DNA from: Candidatus Aenigmatarchaeota archaeon
GTDB taxonomy: Archaea; Aenigmatarchaeota; Aenigmatarchaeia; GW2011-AR5
NCBI GenBank assembly: GCA_016198685.1
Contig: JACQID010000004.1
Location: forward strand, 1-64,000
DNA length: 64,000 bases
Direction of reading: 5' to 3'
Positions 29,085 to 38,611 of the stretch are shown piece after piece. The translations under genes were made by a program, and so were the position numbers. The notes beneath the pieces were generated by a model, which was given only the letters and a program-made list of their open reading frames with translations, searched no databases and was not told the origin of the DNA. Position 1 is the first letter of the stretch, and each line of letters starts with the position of its first letter.

Positions 29085-29321
29085 TTAATTATATTTATTG
29101 TAAGCCCAAGCGAATGCGTAACCAAGGGCGTAAGCTCCTGCAACAGTGGTTATTAATCCTGCCGCCAGCGATGCAGGGTCGCCCCAGAAGCCGGGGTAGA
29201 TAATATTTATCAGCGAAGGCTGCTGTAGAATTCCGTGCCACACATACCCGGTCGCATCAAATATCAGCGTGATGAATACCGATGCCGCTCCGAAAGATTT
29301 CGGTTTTAATTCGTTGCGCAT
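29085..29321 (-). CDS. Small 2-TM membrane protein (DUF5676-like)
   Basis: Two hydrophobic helices; ends LGYAFAWAYN, shared with the adjacent paralog. Confidence 0.65.
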   Translation of the reverse strand: MRNELKPKSFGAASVFITLIFDATGYVWHGILQQPSLINIIYPGFWGDPASLAAGLITTVAGAYALGYAFAWAYNKYN

Positions 29322-29566
29322 TATTTTGCCTTGAACATGTTATAGAGCCATGCAAACGCGTATCCTAGCACGCCTCCTATTATCCCCGCTTCTATTGCCC
29401 AGAGTATTATACCGAAAGACCCTGCCGAAGGGAACATCCAGCGCATCATGCCCCACGAATACATTCCCATTCCGGCACCCATGAAAAGGGACGCAGCTGC
29501 CGATACGGCGCCTGCGGCCATCGCGAACGCTTTTTCATCCAGCTCATTGTTTGCTTGTCTTGCCAT
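29321..29566 (-). CDS. Small 2-TM membrane protein, paralog of neighbour
   Basis: Ends LGYAFAWLYN. Confidence 0.65.
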   Translation of the reverse strand: MARQANNELDEKAFAMAAGAVSAAASLFMGAGMGMYSWGMMRWMFPSAGSFGIILWAIEAGIIGGVLGYAFAWLYNMFKAK

Positions 29567-29616
29567 ATTCTCACCATTTATACAGAATATGTTTTTAGCG
29601 GTATTTATAGTCTAAG

Positions 29617-29931
29617 TTATTCCTCGCTTCGGATTATGTCGCCGAAAGCGCGGCAGAAATACTGAACGGCGTATTTCATTGTAGTCTTGCCTTCAGGCGT
29701 CAGCGAATAAATGACTGAAGTGCCGCTCCTTTCGCCTTTTATCAGCCCTTTATTGCGCAAATCTTTCAGCGCGGGATAAATAGTGCCTGCCTTGGGCTTC
29801 TCCCCTCTTCGTTTTTCCAATTCCGTAGCTAATTCCTCGCCATTCATGTTCTTTCTTGAGAGCAACCATAAGACGTGGAACGACAACATGCCCCGCATGT
29901 CGCATTTGCCATCCATGTGTATATAGGGCAT
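29617..29931 (-). CDS. PadR-family transcriptional regulator
   Basis: LSFHVLWLLSRKNMNGEELA...PKAGTIYPALKDLRNKGLI...YSLTPEG. Confidence 0.9.
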   Translation of the reverse strand: MPYIHMDGKCDMRGMLSFHVLWLLSRKNMNGEELATELEKRRGEKPKAGTIYPALKDLRNKGLIKGERSGTSVIYSLTPEGKTTMKYAVQYFCRAFGDIIRSEE

Positions 29932-29990
29932 CCTATGTATTTAAATATCTCCACGACCGTATATATGACATCCTATATAGGGCATCCAAT
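29920..29990. promoter_or_regulatory. Three ATAGG-N4-CCTAT palindromic operator-like sites
   Basis: tatATAGGgcatCCTAT-type 17-mers at 29920-29936, 29960-29976 and 29974-29990. Confidence 0.7.
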
Positions 29991-30017
29991 AGGAGCCCTG
30001 CGGGTGGAGGAATAAAA

Positions 30018-30281
30018 ATGAGATACGAAGTTTGCGAGGCAAATTGCGACAATTTCTACGATGCCATGGAAGGCGAGCTTATGCGAATGACTTTCCTGGC
30101 ACACAAGGCAGCGCTTTTCGAAAAAGTAAAGCAGAAGATAGAACAGGAAGAGGGCGAAAAACTTGATAAAATAGCGACGCTTCTTGTAGGAGAATCGCGC
30201 ACTCGTATGCAGGAAGACCGAGAAGCGGAAAGAGAATATGATGATTTCCGCTCTAAATTAAGGGAGGCGTTTGGGGACTAA
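30018..30281 (+). CDS. Small helical hypothetical protein divergent from PadR
   Basis: GGAGG RBS at 30006-30010; MRYEVCEANCD...GEKLDKIA. Confidence 0.7.
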   Translation: MRYEVCEANCDNFYDAMEGELMRMTFLAHKAALFEKVKQKIEQEEGEKLDKIATLLVGESRTRMQEDREAEREYDDFRSKLREAFGD

Positions 30282-30314
30282 TTTTTTATTTTTCCTCTTC
30301 TTTACGGTGATAAT

Positions 30315-30896
30315 ATGGATCTTCCATGGGGTCATGAAGCAAGAACCAAGTTCATAACAAATGTAGGCCTGATTACGACTGCCGGTCCTAACGGCCCTAA
30401 CATAATGGCGGCAGAATGGACTTATCAGCTTTCCTATTCGCCCGGCTTACTCGCCGTATCCATAGGCCACGGAAAAGCCACTGCCGAGAACATAAGGGCT
30501 ACGGGAAATTTCGGCGTTAGCATGGCGTCTGTGAAACAAACCGGGCTTGCAAGCATTGCAGGAAATTATTCTGGAAAGGAGTATGATAAGATCGGCGCGC
30601 TAAAAGAACTGGGATTCGGGTTTTACGATGGGAAAAAAATAAATGTCCTGATGGTCAAAGGCGCGTCCCTGAATGTTGAATGCAAGCTTGTTGGGGAAAT
30701 ACCTGCCGGGGATCATACATTGTTTGTCGGGGAAGTCCTGGACTTCGTTGTATCGTCTGAGCAATCTATTGGATATAGCGGCGGGCGTTATATCTTGCCC
30801 GGGCCTGACGCAGAAAAGCCTTCGGAAAAGGAGCGCAAAAGAATAAAGACCGTCATAGAACGCCACAAGAAGACTCTGGCCGTCAAATCTTCTTGA
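30315..30896 (+). CDS. Flavin reductase-like (DIM6/NTAB family) FMN-binding protein
   Basis: VGLITT...NIMAAEW...SPGLLAVSI...NVECKLV...GDHTLFVGEV. Confidence 0.88.
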   Translation: MDLPWGHEARTKFITNVGLITTAGPNGPNIMAAEWTYQLSYSPGLLAVSIGHGKATAENIRATGNFGVSMASVKQTGLASIAGNYSGKEYDKIGALKELGFGFYDGKKINVLMVKGASLNVECKLVGEIPAGDHTLFVGEVLDFVVSSEQSIGYSGGRYILPGPDAEKPSEKERKRIKTVIERHKKTLAVKSS

Positions 30897-31863
30897 AAAT
30901 AGCAACAACCTTCCCAAGTATATTTTCTTTTTTGAGGTATATAACATCAGTCAAAGGATTATTATCGCCTTTAGTTATGTAGGCGCCGTTTTCATCTATT
31001 CTGTATATCCTGTGCATTATGTATTGGGTCTTGTCGGATTGCGGCAAATAGCCTGAACTTTCGTTTGGTTCTATTTTGAATGATATTATATCCCCGGGTT
31101 TCAGTGTCCCGTATTCTGCTTCTTCAAGAACGAGGTCACCGCATTCTACCGCAGGCTTCATGCTATTGGTCGCACAGGAGATTGACGCCGGTGCCAAATC
31201 TTTAACATAATAAAGCGGCAGGCCGTTGGGAAGCTTATCCTTATAGACGGATGATGCAAAATTATTCCATACATTCAGAAGCTGCTCCCGGCTTTCCACG
31301 ACGGGCTTGAATGGCAAGGCTTCTAAGCTCTCTGTCGTCTTAGCATCCGAAAGAATCCCTACCATTTTTTTTGTCATTCTTGATTCGTTGACAAAAACCG
31401 CATGGGTAGAGTCAAATATGTCTGCTTTCATGACATAACCTTCTGCACTTATTCTTGCGATTCTTCTCCAGATTTCACCTCCATGAGATTCAGTGAACGC
31501 CTGAGCTTCGGAATCCTTTATCGTAAAGGAAACGACATCGTCTTTCTTCAGCTCTGCAGGCGCGGATGCGATTATAATGTCCCCGCATTCTATGACAGGC
31601 GACATCTTTCGGTCGCAAGGCGCTTCGTGAATTGAGAGTTCATGGGGAAAGTATAATGTATGGCCGCTGGCATTGATGGCATGATAATTCGCTATATCGT
31701 TCCATTCGTTTAGAAGGTTTGCATATTGTGTTAATGCATCGCCCTGAAGAGCGGGTTCAGAAGGCACTGATACGCATCCGACAATAGCCAAAATTACGGC
31801 AACGAAAATAGCTTTCATGGCGTATATAACACTTGCTAGAGCATTATAAATAAATTTCTCCAA
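30883..31863 (-). CDS. Signal peptidase I (S26B)-like protein with two tandem domains
   Basis: C-domain TNSMKP...GD...IMHRI...TKGDNN intact; N-domain RKMSP...GD...IWRRI...MKADIF degenerate. Confidence 0.75.
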   Translation of the reverse strand: MEKFIYNALASVIYAMKAIFVAVILAIVGCVSVPSEPALQGDALTQYANLLNEWNDIANYHAINASGHTLYFPHELSIHEAPCDRKMSPVIECGDIIIASAPAELKKDDVVSFTIKDSEAQAFTESHGGEIWRRIARISAEGYVMKADIFDSTHAVFVNESRMTKKMVGILSDAKTTESLEALPFKPVVESREQLLNVWNNFASSVYKDKLPNGLPLYYVKDLAPASISCATNSMKPAVECGDLVLEEAEYGTLKPGDIISFKIEPNESSGYLPQSDKTQYIMHRIYRIDENGAYITKGDNNPLTDVIYLKKENILGKVVAIFKKI

Positions 31864-31875
31864 CGATTATTCCTT

Positions 31876-32166
31876 ATGAAAGAGGTTTTTCTCGTCAGAT
31901 CAGAAGACAAGCTCAAGGCCGAGGATGCCTTGAAAAAGGACGATATGATAAATAGAGGCAGTATTATGCTTCGAGCCGCGGGATCCTTGGACATTAAGGA
32001 AGAAGGCTATTTCATCATAGTAGACTGCTCTGCAGAAGGAATTGCAAAGGCACGTGAAATTCTGAAGGATATGATGTTGAAGCATGATAAAAAAGAGATT
32101 GTATTGCAGAAAATCGAGGAGCAGGAGAATGCGGCTCTCCAAGGGTTCGGCAGCTTTATGGGATAA
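31876..32166 (+). CDS. Conserved hypothetical protein
   Basis: Compact 96-aa ORF abutting next gene; ends with ALQGFGSFMG. Confidence 0.6.
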   Translation: MKEVFLVRSEDKLKAEDALKKDDMINRGSIMLRAAGSLDIKEEGYFIIVDCSAEGIAKAREILKDMMLKHDKKEIVLQKIEEQENAALQGFGSFMG

Positions 32167-32168
32167 AT

Positions 32169-32729
32169 ATGGAATCTACTTCTCCTATTACTGACAGAGG
32201 GGTAGGCGATTTAGACGATTTTGATGCCTTTCGCGAAAAGAAGTATAATTTTCTTTATCTATGTGAAAATTGCGCAAGAAGTTTTGATTCCATATTGCGT
32301 ATGGATATATGCAAGTTTTGCTCATCGCCTCTAAAGCAGCTTTCGGCAAAGCAAAAGCATCCTTTGATCAACGGGGGTTATTTCAGGTATTACTGTCCCA
32401 AGTGCGAGAAAAACTTTCTTTCCCCTGTCAAGCATGACGAGTGCCAGATATGCGGGTTTAGAATAATTCATTTCCACAAGTGGGATGATATGCCGCTCAA
32501 AGACAAGCTTGCTGTAAAGTTGTTCAAGTTTGTTAATACCACGAAAACAGACAATGATAAAGAATCAGCTATTAAAAAGGCCGCAGAGGCGAAGCCTGAA
32601 AACAAGAACCGTCCGATAAACCTCAAATTCCCCGATTTTTCAATGATTCTGGAAAAAGTCAAATCTATGATCCCTGAAAAAAGCCCCGAAACACGCGCGC
32701 GCTCGGAAGAAGAATTGCCTACTTTTTGA
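32169..32729 (+). CDS. Double zinc-ribbon protein
   Basis: CENC..CKFC and CPKC..CQIC pairs; charged low-complexity tail. Confidence 0.65.
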   Translation: MESTSPITDRGVGDLDDFDAFREKKYNFLYLCENCARSFDSILRMDICKFCSSPLKQLSAKQKHPLINGGYFRYYCPKCEKNFLSPVKHDECQICGFRIIHFHKWDDMPLKDKLAVKLFKFVNTTKTDNDKESAIKKAAEAKPENKNRPINLKFPDFSMILEKVKSMIPEKSPETRARSEEELPTF

Positions 32730-33501
32730 CACGCTTCAGGGAAGCGTACATGAACGTAAGAGATGAAATTCCGAAGACTGTAGCGTATGAAAGCATGGTG
32801 CTCATGGCAAGGATGCCCAATGATATTACTGTTGCATTGGCCTGAATGGCCTGCGCGGCTGGTATGCCTCCTATCGCCGCCGCTATCGCGGGCCATGAAA
32901 ATATTGCGAGGGGAATAAGCGAGACGGCGAAAATTGCCAGTTGTATTCCGGTCAGAACCCACCAGTAGGTGAAGAGGTCAAATTTGTTTCGCATGAAGAT
33001 GCCGTAACTCTCCTTCATGGACTCTATAAGCCCCTTGCTTTCAAGCACGATTATGGGCGTATACATCAGGAACACAAGACCCACGATTATATCAACCGCT
33101 ATGCTTATGAAAGGAAGGCCTACGGCCATGCTTATGGCAGCGCTTATAGTACCCACAAGAATCGTGGCGCCCAGCATCTTGAGATATTTGCTTCTTGCAT
33201 ACTTGTATGAATGATAGATATCAAGATTCTTGCCTTTCCAGTAGTCGTTCGCGTCATGGATATATGCAGTGACAAAGAATATGGCGGCAATGGTCGTGAT
33301 TATCAGTATTATCACGAAAGTCCCTATTGCGGAAAATAACGCGCCCAAGGAGCCGCCTGCAACGCTCACAAGTATGCTCTGAGTTATCATAAGGGCCGCG
33401 AGCAGCATGGCTGCGTTTATTGCGAGCATGGGCACGATCCTGTGTGCTGAGAAGCTGTAGGCCGCCGCCCTGCCGAAAATTTTTCCGTAATCTATTTCCA
33501 T
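32719..33501 (-). CDS. Polytopic membrane protein (GDPD membrane-domain/DUF7544-like)
   Basis: About six TM helices; IIVLESKGLIESMKES motif. Confidence 0.65.
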   Translation of the reverse strand: MEIDYGKIFGRAAAYSFSAHRIVPMLAINAAMLLAALMITQSILVSVAGGSLGALFSAIGTFVIILIITTIAAIFFVTAYIHDANDYWKGKNLDIYHSYKYARSKYLKMLGATILVGTISAAISMAVGLPFISIAVDIIVGLVFLMYTPIIVLESKGLIESMKESYGIFMRNKFDLFTYWWVLTGIQLAIFAVSLIPLAIFSWPAIAAAIGGIPAAQAIQANATVISLGILAMSTMLSYATVFGISSLTFMYASLKRVKK

Positions 33502-33502
33502 A

Positions 33503-34366
33503 TTATCGCCTTGGGTGCCTCAACTGGGCATACAGATACGATACCGACGCCATATAAAATACCTGTATATATGCCATGATAGCGGCGATAACAAGCATAA
33601 GGAAGGCAAACATATGCATGGCGGCTTTTACGGTTGTAACAAGAGACTGGATATCTGTCACGCCCGGCGCGAGGGTGATTATGGCAATCAACACTATGAG
33701 CATAAGCGGAACGATTAATATCATGGCCATGACAATCCATATCAACGAGTAGATGACTATCGCTTTGATGTTTTTACGGAACGTGCCGAAGCTTTCCTTG
33801 AGCGAGTCTATCAGGCCCTTGCTCTCCAGAACTATTATGGGCAAATAGAGGAGCAGGGCCAATGAGATTGCGATGTTCACTGCATTTTCTATTATAACCC
33901 TTGCTATCAGGAGGCCGATAGAATCGTCGAATATGCTGGCGATAGAAAGAGGATAGAGGACAATACTGGCAGCAAATGTGACCACATATGTGATCACGAT
34001 GGCTCCCAACGTCTTCAGATACTTGGTTTTGGCATAATGATACGAAGCAGAGAGCTTCTCATAGCGGCCTTTCGAGTGCTGGAATGCATTATGAATGTAG
34101 GCTATGACCAGAAATGTGGAAACAAGGAGAATCGCCACGAAAACGGGGACAAACAGCACAATGCTCCCTATTAGGGAGAGTGCAAAGGTCGTTGTCGCGC
34201 CATAGGAATCCAATATTATGCTTCCCATAAACAGGATGAAAAGGAGCATCGCGGCGTATAGCGTAAACATCGGCAGAATCTTATCGACGGAAAATGCGTA
34301 TTTCAGAGCGCCGCCGAATATTTTGCCGTAATCAACACCCATAAGGACTATATCATCGGATAGCAT
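33503..34366 (-). CDS. Polytopic membrane protein, tandem paralog of 32719..33501
   Basis: Shared DYGKIFG, KYLK.LGA and PIIVLESKGLI.S.KES motifs. Confidence 0.65.
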   Translation of the reverse strand: MLSDDIVLMGVDYGKIFGGALKYAFSVDKILPMFTLYAAMLLFILFMGSIILDSYGATTTFALSLIGSIVLFVPVFVAILLVSTFLVIAYIHNAFQHSKGRYEKLSASYHYAKTKYLKTLGAIVITYVVTFAASIVLYPLSIASIFDDSIGLLIARVIIENAVNIAISLALLLYLPIIVLESKGLIDSLKESFGTFRKNIKAIVIYSLIWIVMAMILIVPLMLIVLIAIITLAPGVTDIQSLVTTVKAAMHMFAFLMLVIAAIMAYIQVFYMASVSYLYAQLRHPRR

Positions 34367-34400
34367 ATTTAAAGGTGGCTATTCGTATCAATACTTCGTC

Positions 34401-35348
34401 TTAGTAAGGCGACCAACTTATAACATAATTCTCGTAAACGTTGGCCACATCGTAATAGTTATATTCTTTGCCGAACTTTTCCTTGAAATTGTTGAGTATT
34501 TGCCTTAGCACGATTTTATTTTCCACGTGAAGTTCGATGCACAAATCATATCTTCCCAGAACTTCAAAAATGAAGATCACTTTATTCGTCTGGTAGAAAA
34601 ACTGGATTACGTTTGGTATGGAACTATGACTCTTCATATTTATCATTATTTCTATAAATTCAAGCCCAAGCTTGTCAAAATTAGGCATTGCCGAATAAGC
34701 AAATATAATTCCCGTCTGTTCCAGTTTTTTCATCCGATATTTTACTACTCCAGATTCAATCTTTATCATCTTCGCCAACTCTACAAGCTTAAGCCTTCCG
34801 TTAGTGGCCAATGCCTTCATTATAGCTGTGTCAGTTTCATCTGCCCGGTAATGACCAATATCAGTATTGTCAAAAGAACGCCGAGTGCCGGCGCCATTAT
34901 GAAGAAAATGATTGCCGAATTTATGTGTTCTTGCTATGATATGCATATCTTTGGTTGAAAAATACTTTCCGAAATTATTTTTAATGCCAAAAAGAAACTG
35001 TTTGAAGTCTTTCAGTTCCTTCACGGCGATAATAAAATCCAGATCATGCGCCCCGTCACATATCCTCAATTGTAAGCAATTTTTGCTCTCCTTTACGTAA
35101 GATATCAGTTTTTTCTCTATATCCGGCGTTGTATCTACGAAAACCATTGAAAGCTTGTAAAATTTATATGCCATTTTAGCGGCATTGAAAATTGTGTAGA
35201 ATTCTTTTATGTACTCTTGTTCCATGAGTTTGTTTATCCTGAAATTTACCGTTTCCTTGGAACTTCTCAGCTTTTTTGCGATTCGGGTTACAGGAGCTCT
35301 TGCGTTCAAGTCTAACTCATAGATGATCTTTTTGTCAAGAACATCCAT
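34401..35348 (-). CDS. Lrp/AsnC-family regulator with internally duplicated HTH+RAM units
   Basis: LDKKIIYELDLNARAPVTRIAKKL and DETDTAIMKALATNGRLKLVELAKMI. Confidence 0.85.
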   Translation of the reverse strand: MDVLDKKIIYELDLNARAPVTRIAKKLRSSKETVNFRINKLMEQEYIKEFYTIFNAAKMAYKFYKLSMVFVDTTPDIEKKLISYVKESKNCLQLRICDGAHDLDFIIAVKELKDFKQFLFGIKNNFGKYFSTKDMHIIARTHKFGNHFLHNGAGTRRSFDNTDIGHYRADETDTAIMKALATNGRLKLVELAKMIKIESGVVKYRMKKLEQTGIIFAYSAMPNFDKLGLEFIEIMINMKSHSSIPNVIQFFYQTNKVIFIFEVLGRYDLCIELHVENKIVLRQILNNFKEKFGKEYNYYDVANVYENYVISWSPY

Positions 35349-35602
35349 GTAATAATAACACGAAAAAAACTTATAAAAACATTTTTTTGTGCAATAATTG
35401 AAATGATATTTTTATATGAAACGAAAGGCAATTAGAAATATAAGACAAAAATTCAAATGCTATATTTGTTCATTTGATCTGCATCAAGGCTCAATTTCGC
35501 AGATTAAGAGATTTTCATACGGCCTATATGAAATTATGCGGCGGGCGCATCGGGCGTTCGCTAAGCCAGATAAAGGCCTATAATGCCGCAGGGGTGAAGA
35601 TT

Positions 35603-35680
35603 ATGGCAACAGAGGCGCAGGATGATGCGAGGAGACGCAATATAAGAAAGGCGCAGGAAGCTAGAAAGAGACAAGACTAG
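35603..35680 (+). CDS. 25-aa basic peptide resembling the N-terminus of 36419..36856
   Basis: MATEAQDDARRRNIRKAQEARKRQD; GGGGTGA RBS upstream. Confidence 0.5.
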   Translation: MATEAQDDARRRNIRKAQEARKRQD

Positions 35681-35870
35681 GGCGAAAGCCTTTCCCAAAG
35701 CTTACATCATTTCAGCTTCCCTTATCGGGGGCTTTGGGATTTTGCGGGCAATCAGGGACTTATTTTAGATCATAGTTCCAAATAGTATTTTTCATAAAAG
35801 TCTTTAATGCAAAATATGCATAGGTTTGAATATACAGGATTTCTCGAAGAACGAAAATTTCCTGCCTAAA

Positions 35871-36260
35871 TCACTCTGATTTTTGATGGCCTTGCCGTCT
35901 CTCTTGCTTCGCTTGCGTTCTATCTTCAGTCTCTTCATCGTCGGTCATTTCTGGATTCTCGCCCATTCCTTTTTTTGCACTACTCTGATTGGACTCTTCA
36001 GCGCTCGTTTGCTCACTTTCTTGATCTGCTGCTTGCATCTTTTCTCCGACTTCATCGTCGCGTTGATTTTTATTTATGTATTGTTCTGGGCTCTGGGCAA
36101 ACATATCCCTCGATTTCTCGTTGGAGAAATAATATGTTTTGCCATTGTGCGTTGCCGTAATGTCTTCTTTTCCTTCCATGCCGTTTACAGGATCTTTATC
36201 TACCACAGCCTTCACCTCGTTTTGTTTAGAATGCACGACTGAGAAATTTTTGGTGTGCAA
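35871..36260 (-). CDS. YHS-domain protein with acidic low-complexity tail
   Basis: DKDPVNGM...HNGKTYYFSNEKSRDMFAQSPEQY; start uncertain. Confidence 0.75.
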   Translation of the reverse strand: MHTKNFSVVHSKQNEVKAVVDKDPVNGMEGKEDITATHNGKTYYFSNEKSRDMFAQSPEQYINKNQRDDEVGEKMQAADQESEQTSAEESNQSSAKKGMGENPEMTDDEETEDRTQAKQERRQGHQKSE

Positions 36261-36418
36261 ACAAAATGTATGATGGATAGAACTCTCTTAGGAATATTAC
36301 GCTTGCAATTTATAAATAATTATTCTATTTTCTGGGTTCCCAACCTTAATCTTCTATAAAAAGTTTGAAGATAAAGTAGTTATATTCCTTTTCACCCTCT
36401 TCGAATAGAGGTAATTTA

Positions 36419-36856
36419 ATGACTACGGAATCACAAAGGCGTGCGGCTAAAGAAAATATAAAGAAGGCCCAACGCAGATGGCGTGAAATGAGCAAAAATG
36501 CTAGGTCAATGAAACAGCCAGAGGACCCTAGCCGAAAGCGGCCCGGACAAGAGGGACGCGGCGATTACTACAGGATCATCATACTGCCAAAGACGCGTTT
36601 TACGACGTTCAGAATACATGATGTTGGTCGCCCCAACCATAGTAAACGGCTTTCTGGCATGAAAAAGGACGGCACATGGGAAACGCAGGCTTGGTTGATC
36701 AATAAGCAAGACGGGCATATAGAAAGAGGTAAATTAGTTGCGCATGATCCATCGGCCAGGAGGATATTAAATCAGATAGGAGATGTAAGAAGGAAAAAAG
36801 GTGATATTTTCTATATAAAATCCAAAAGAAAGGATCGCCGCAAATCTTCGCGTTAG
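36419..36856 (+). CDS. Conserved basic hypothetical protein
   Basis: SQRRAAKENIKKAQ N-terminus; FRIHDVG...H...G.WETQAWLI core. Confidence 0.7.
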   Translation: MTTESQRRAAKENIKKAQRRWREMSKNARSMKQPEDPSRKRPGQEGRGDYYRIIILPKTRFTTFRIHDVGRPNHSKRLSGMKKDGTWETQAWLINKQDGHIERGKLVAHDPSARRILNQIGDVRRKKGDIFYIKSKRKDRRKSSR

Positions 36857-36927
36857 TGAAAATAAACAATACATACCGTTCATTCTGTATTTTTGACTGC
36901 TTTGCTGCCTTGCATCTCTAAATTATA

Positions 36928-37458
36928 ATGAATTTGCTACTGCTGATACCGTTGAGTCTGGTTATTGGCATCTTTATTTACTTCTTGATCGGCGGCTATA
37001 TTCTTGCCATTGTATTTTTCCTGATATGGCTTGATAATCTTGTTCTTAGGTTTCTGATTCCCGGCATGACAGGGATAGAATTCATAACACTCGGCACCGT
37101 ATTAGCGGGCATTGTAGCGGGTCCTACTGTCGGTGCTATTCTGATGTTCATTACAATCCCGCTTATTGGAGGCATTCGTTCGGTCATTTTACCTTCCATG
37201 TCGGATATTCCACCTTTTGTTCCTGCGCCCGCCAATATAATTGATGCTCTTGTAGCGTTTACTGCCGGTTATCTTTCTCATGCGCCTTTGACTCTTCTTT
37301 TGCCGTTACTCCTTCTTTTGAAAATTTTAGCCAATGCCCGGATAGAGAAAACGATTTACGATAAACCCATCAATATAACGGAAGCCGTAGCTAAATTCAT
37401 TTTTAATGTGATTTTTATTTACTTCTTCGGAAATCAAATAAACGCGCTTGTGAGTTGA
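36928..37458 (+). CDS. Polytopic membrane protein (ECF S-component-like hydrophobicity pattern)
   Basis: About six TM helices; IEFITLGTVLAGIVAGP. Confidence 0.55.
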   Translation: MNLLLLIPLSLVIGIFIYFLIGGYILAIVFFLIWLDNLVLRFLIPGMTGIEFITLGTVLAGIVAGPTVGAILMFITIPLIGGIRSVILPSMSDIPPFVPAPANIIDALVAFTAGYLSHAPLTLLLPLLLLLKILANARIEKTIYDKPINITEAVAKFIFNVIFIYFFGNQINALVS

Positions 37459-37569
37459 TGTAAGGCTAATGCGGAGATTAGTTAGGTGTTTTGAATCATT
37501 CAACTGTTGTAGTATTGGATCCTGCGGCTCTTAAAAATTGAATATAAAAAAGAAAGAAAATACTCGCAC

Positions 37570-37977
37570 TCAAGATCTTTCATGTGTAAGGCTATGAAAA
37601 TGTTTTTCCCTTGCAACCTGAATGAACAGAGTATTCACAGCTGCTATATGTTCTGGCAGTAAGGCAGTCGTTGCATAGATACTTTCAATTGCCGTTTTGC
37701 ATTTGCTGTATACATCGGCAAATTCGGCTATTGTCGGATCTATCTTTGTTGTTTCTGCGCCTTGGGGTTGTGGCTGCTGTTCTGGTTGTTCTTCTGCACT
37801 CCAGCCGCATTTTGTATGTCGCTGCCATGATTTAGGTATCCATCCTTCACATTTTGGGCAGTTCTTCCATTTCTGCTTCTGCTGAGGTGCTAGTGTTTGT
37901 TGCGGCATTGTTTCATCTCTTCTTACACTCCGGAAAAGAAGTAAATTTTGGAGCTGGTAAACATATTCACTCATCAA
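37570..37977 (-). CDS. Hypothetical protein with CxxC...HxxC zinc-binding motif
   Basis: WKNCPKCEGWIPKSWQRHTKCGW, Gln/Pro linker, helical tail. Confidence 0.55.
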   Translation of the reverse strand: MMSEYVYQLQNLLLFRSVRRDETMPQQTLAPQQKQKWKNCPKCEGWIPKSWQRHTKCGWSAEEQPEQQPQPQGAETTKIDPTIAEFADVYSKCKTAIESIYATTALLPEHIAAVNTLFIQVAREKHFHSLTHERS

Positions 37978-38089
37978 AATATTTAAAATTATAGAGATTT
38001 TGCGAAGAAAATACCATGGAATGCAGGCGAAGAAACGTGATGACGGGAATTTTGGCGGGGTTAGTGAATATTTTTGTTTTCAGGCGCGT

Positions 38090-38611
38090 TCAGGCTCTGC
38101 ATTCGCTGCAGAGGAACTTGCTGTCCAGTTCTTCGACGTCGTCAGAGTAGTTCCCGCACGACTCGCATTCCGAGAACTCCATCCGCTCCTGTTCCGCTTC
38201 CGGCTCGGAAATAGTCTGCATTTTTTCAAGGAGGATCTCAAAGAGCGAAGGCTGAACCTTCAGTATATCCGTAGCGGTCACGATCCCCACTATCTTGTCG
38301 CCGTCCAGCACCGGGAGCTTTTCTATGTTTTTCTCGGCAAGCAGCTTGGCAGCCTGTTCAATCGTCTTGTTGGGCGATATCGTTATCACGGGAGAAGTGG
38401 CTATGTCCTTTACATGGCTTCCCTTTCCTTCAGCGACATGTTTGTATATTATGTCCGTGGCCGTAATGATGCCTATCGGATAACCTTTTATGAGCAGTGA
38501 CCCTATTTTTTTATCCTTCATTACCTTTGCCGCATGGGTTATCGTGTCTTCTAATGCGACCGTTTCCACGCCCTTGTTCATGATTTCCCGTACTGTTGGA
38601 TATAATTTCAT
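38090..38611 (-). CDS. CBS-pair protein with C-terminal zinc ribbon
   Basis: TVREIM...two CBS domains...CESCG...LCSECR; start set at MKLYPTV. Confidence 0.88.
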   Translation of the reverse strand: MKLYPTVREIMNKGVETVALEDTITHAAKVMKDKKIGSLLIKGYPIGIITATDIIYKHVAEGKGSHVKDIATSPVITISPNKTIEQAAKLLAEKNIEKLPVLDGDKIVGIVTATDILKVQPSLFEILLEKMQTISEPEAEQERMEFSECESCGNYSDDVEELDSKFLCSECRA

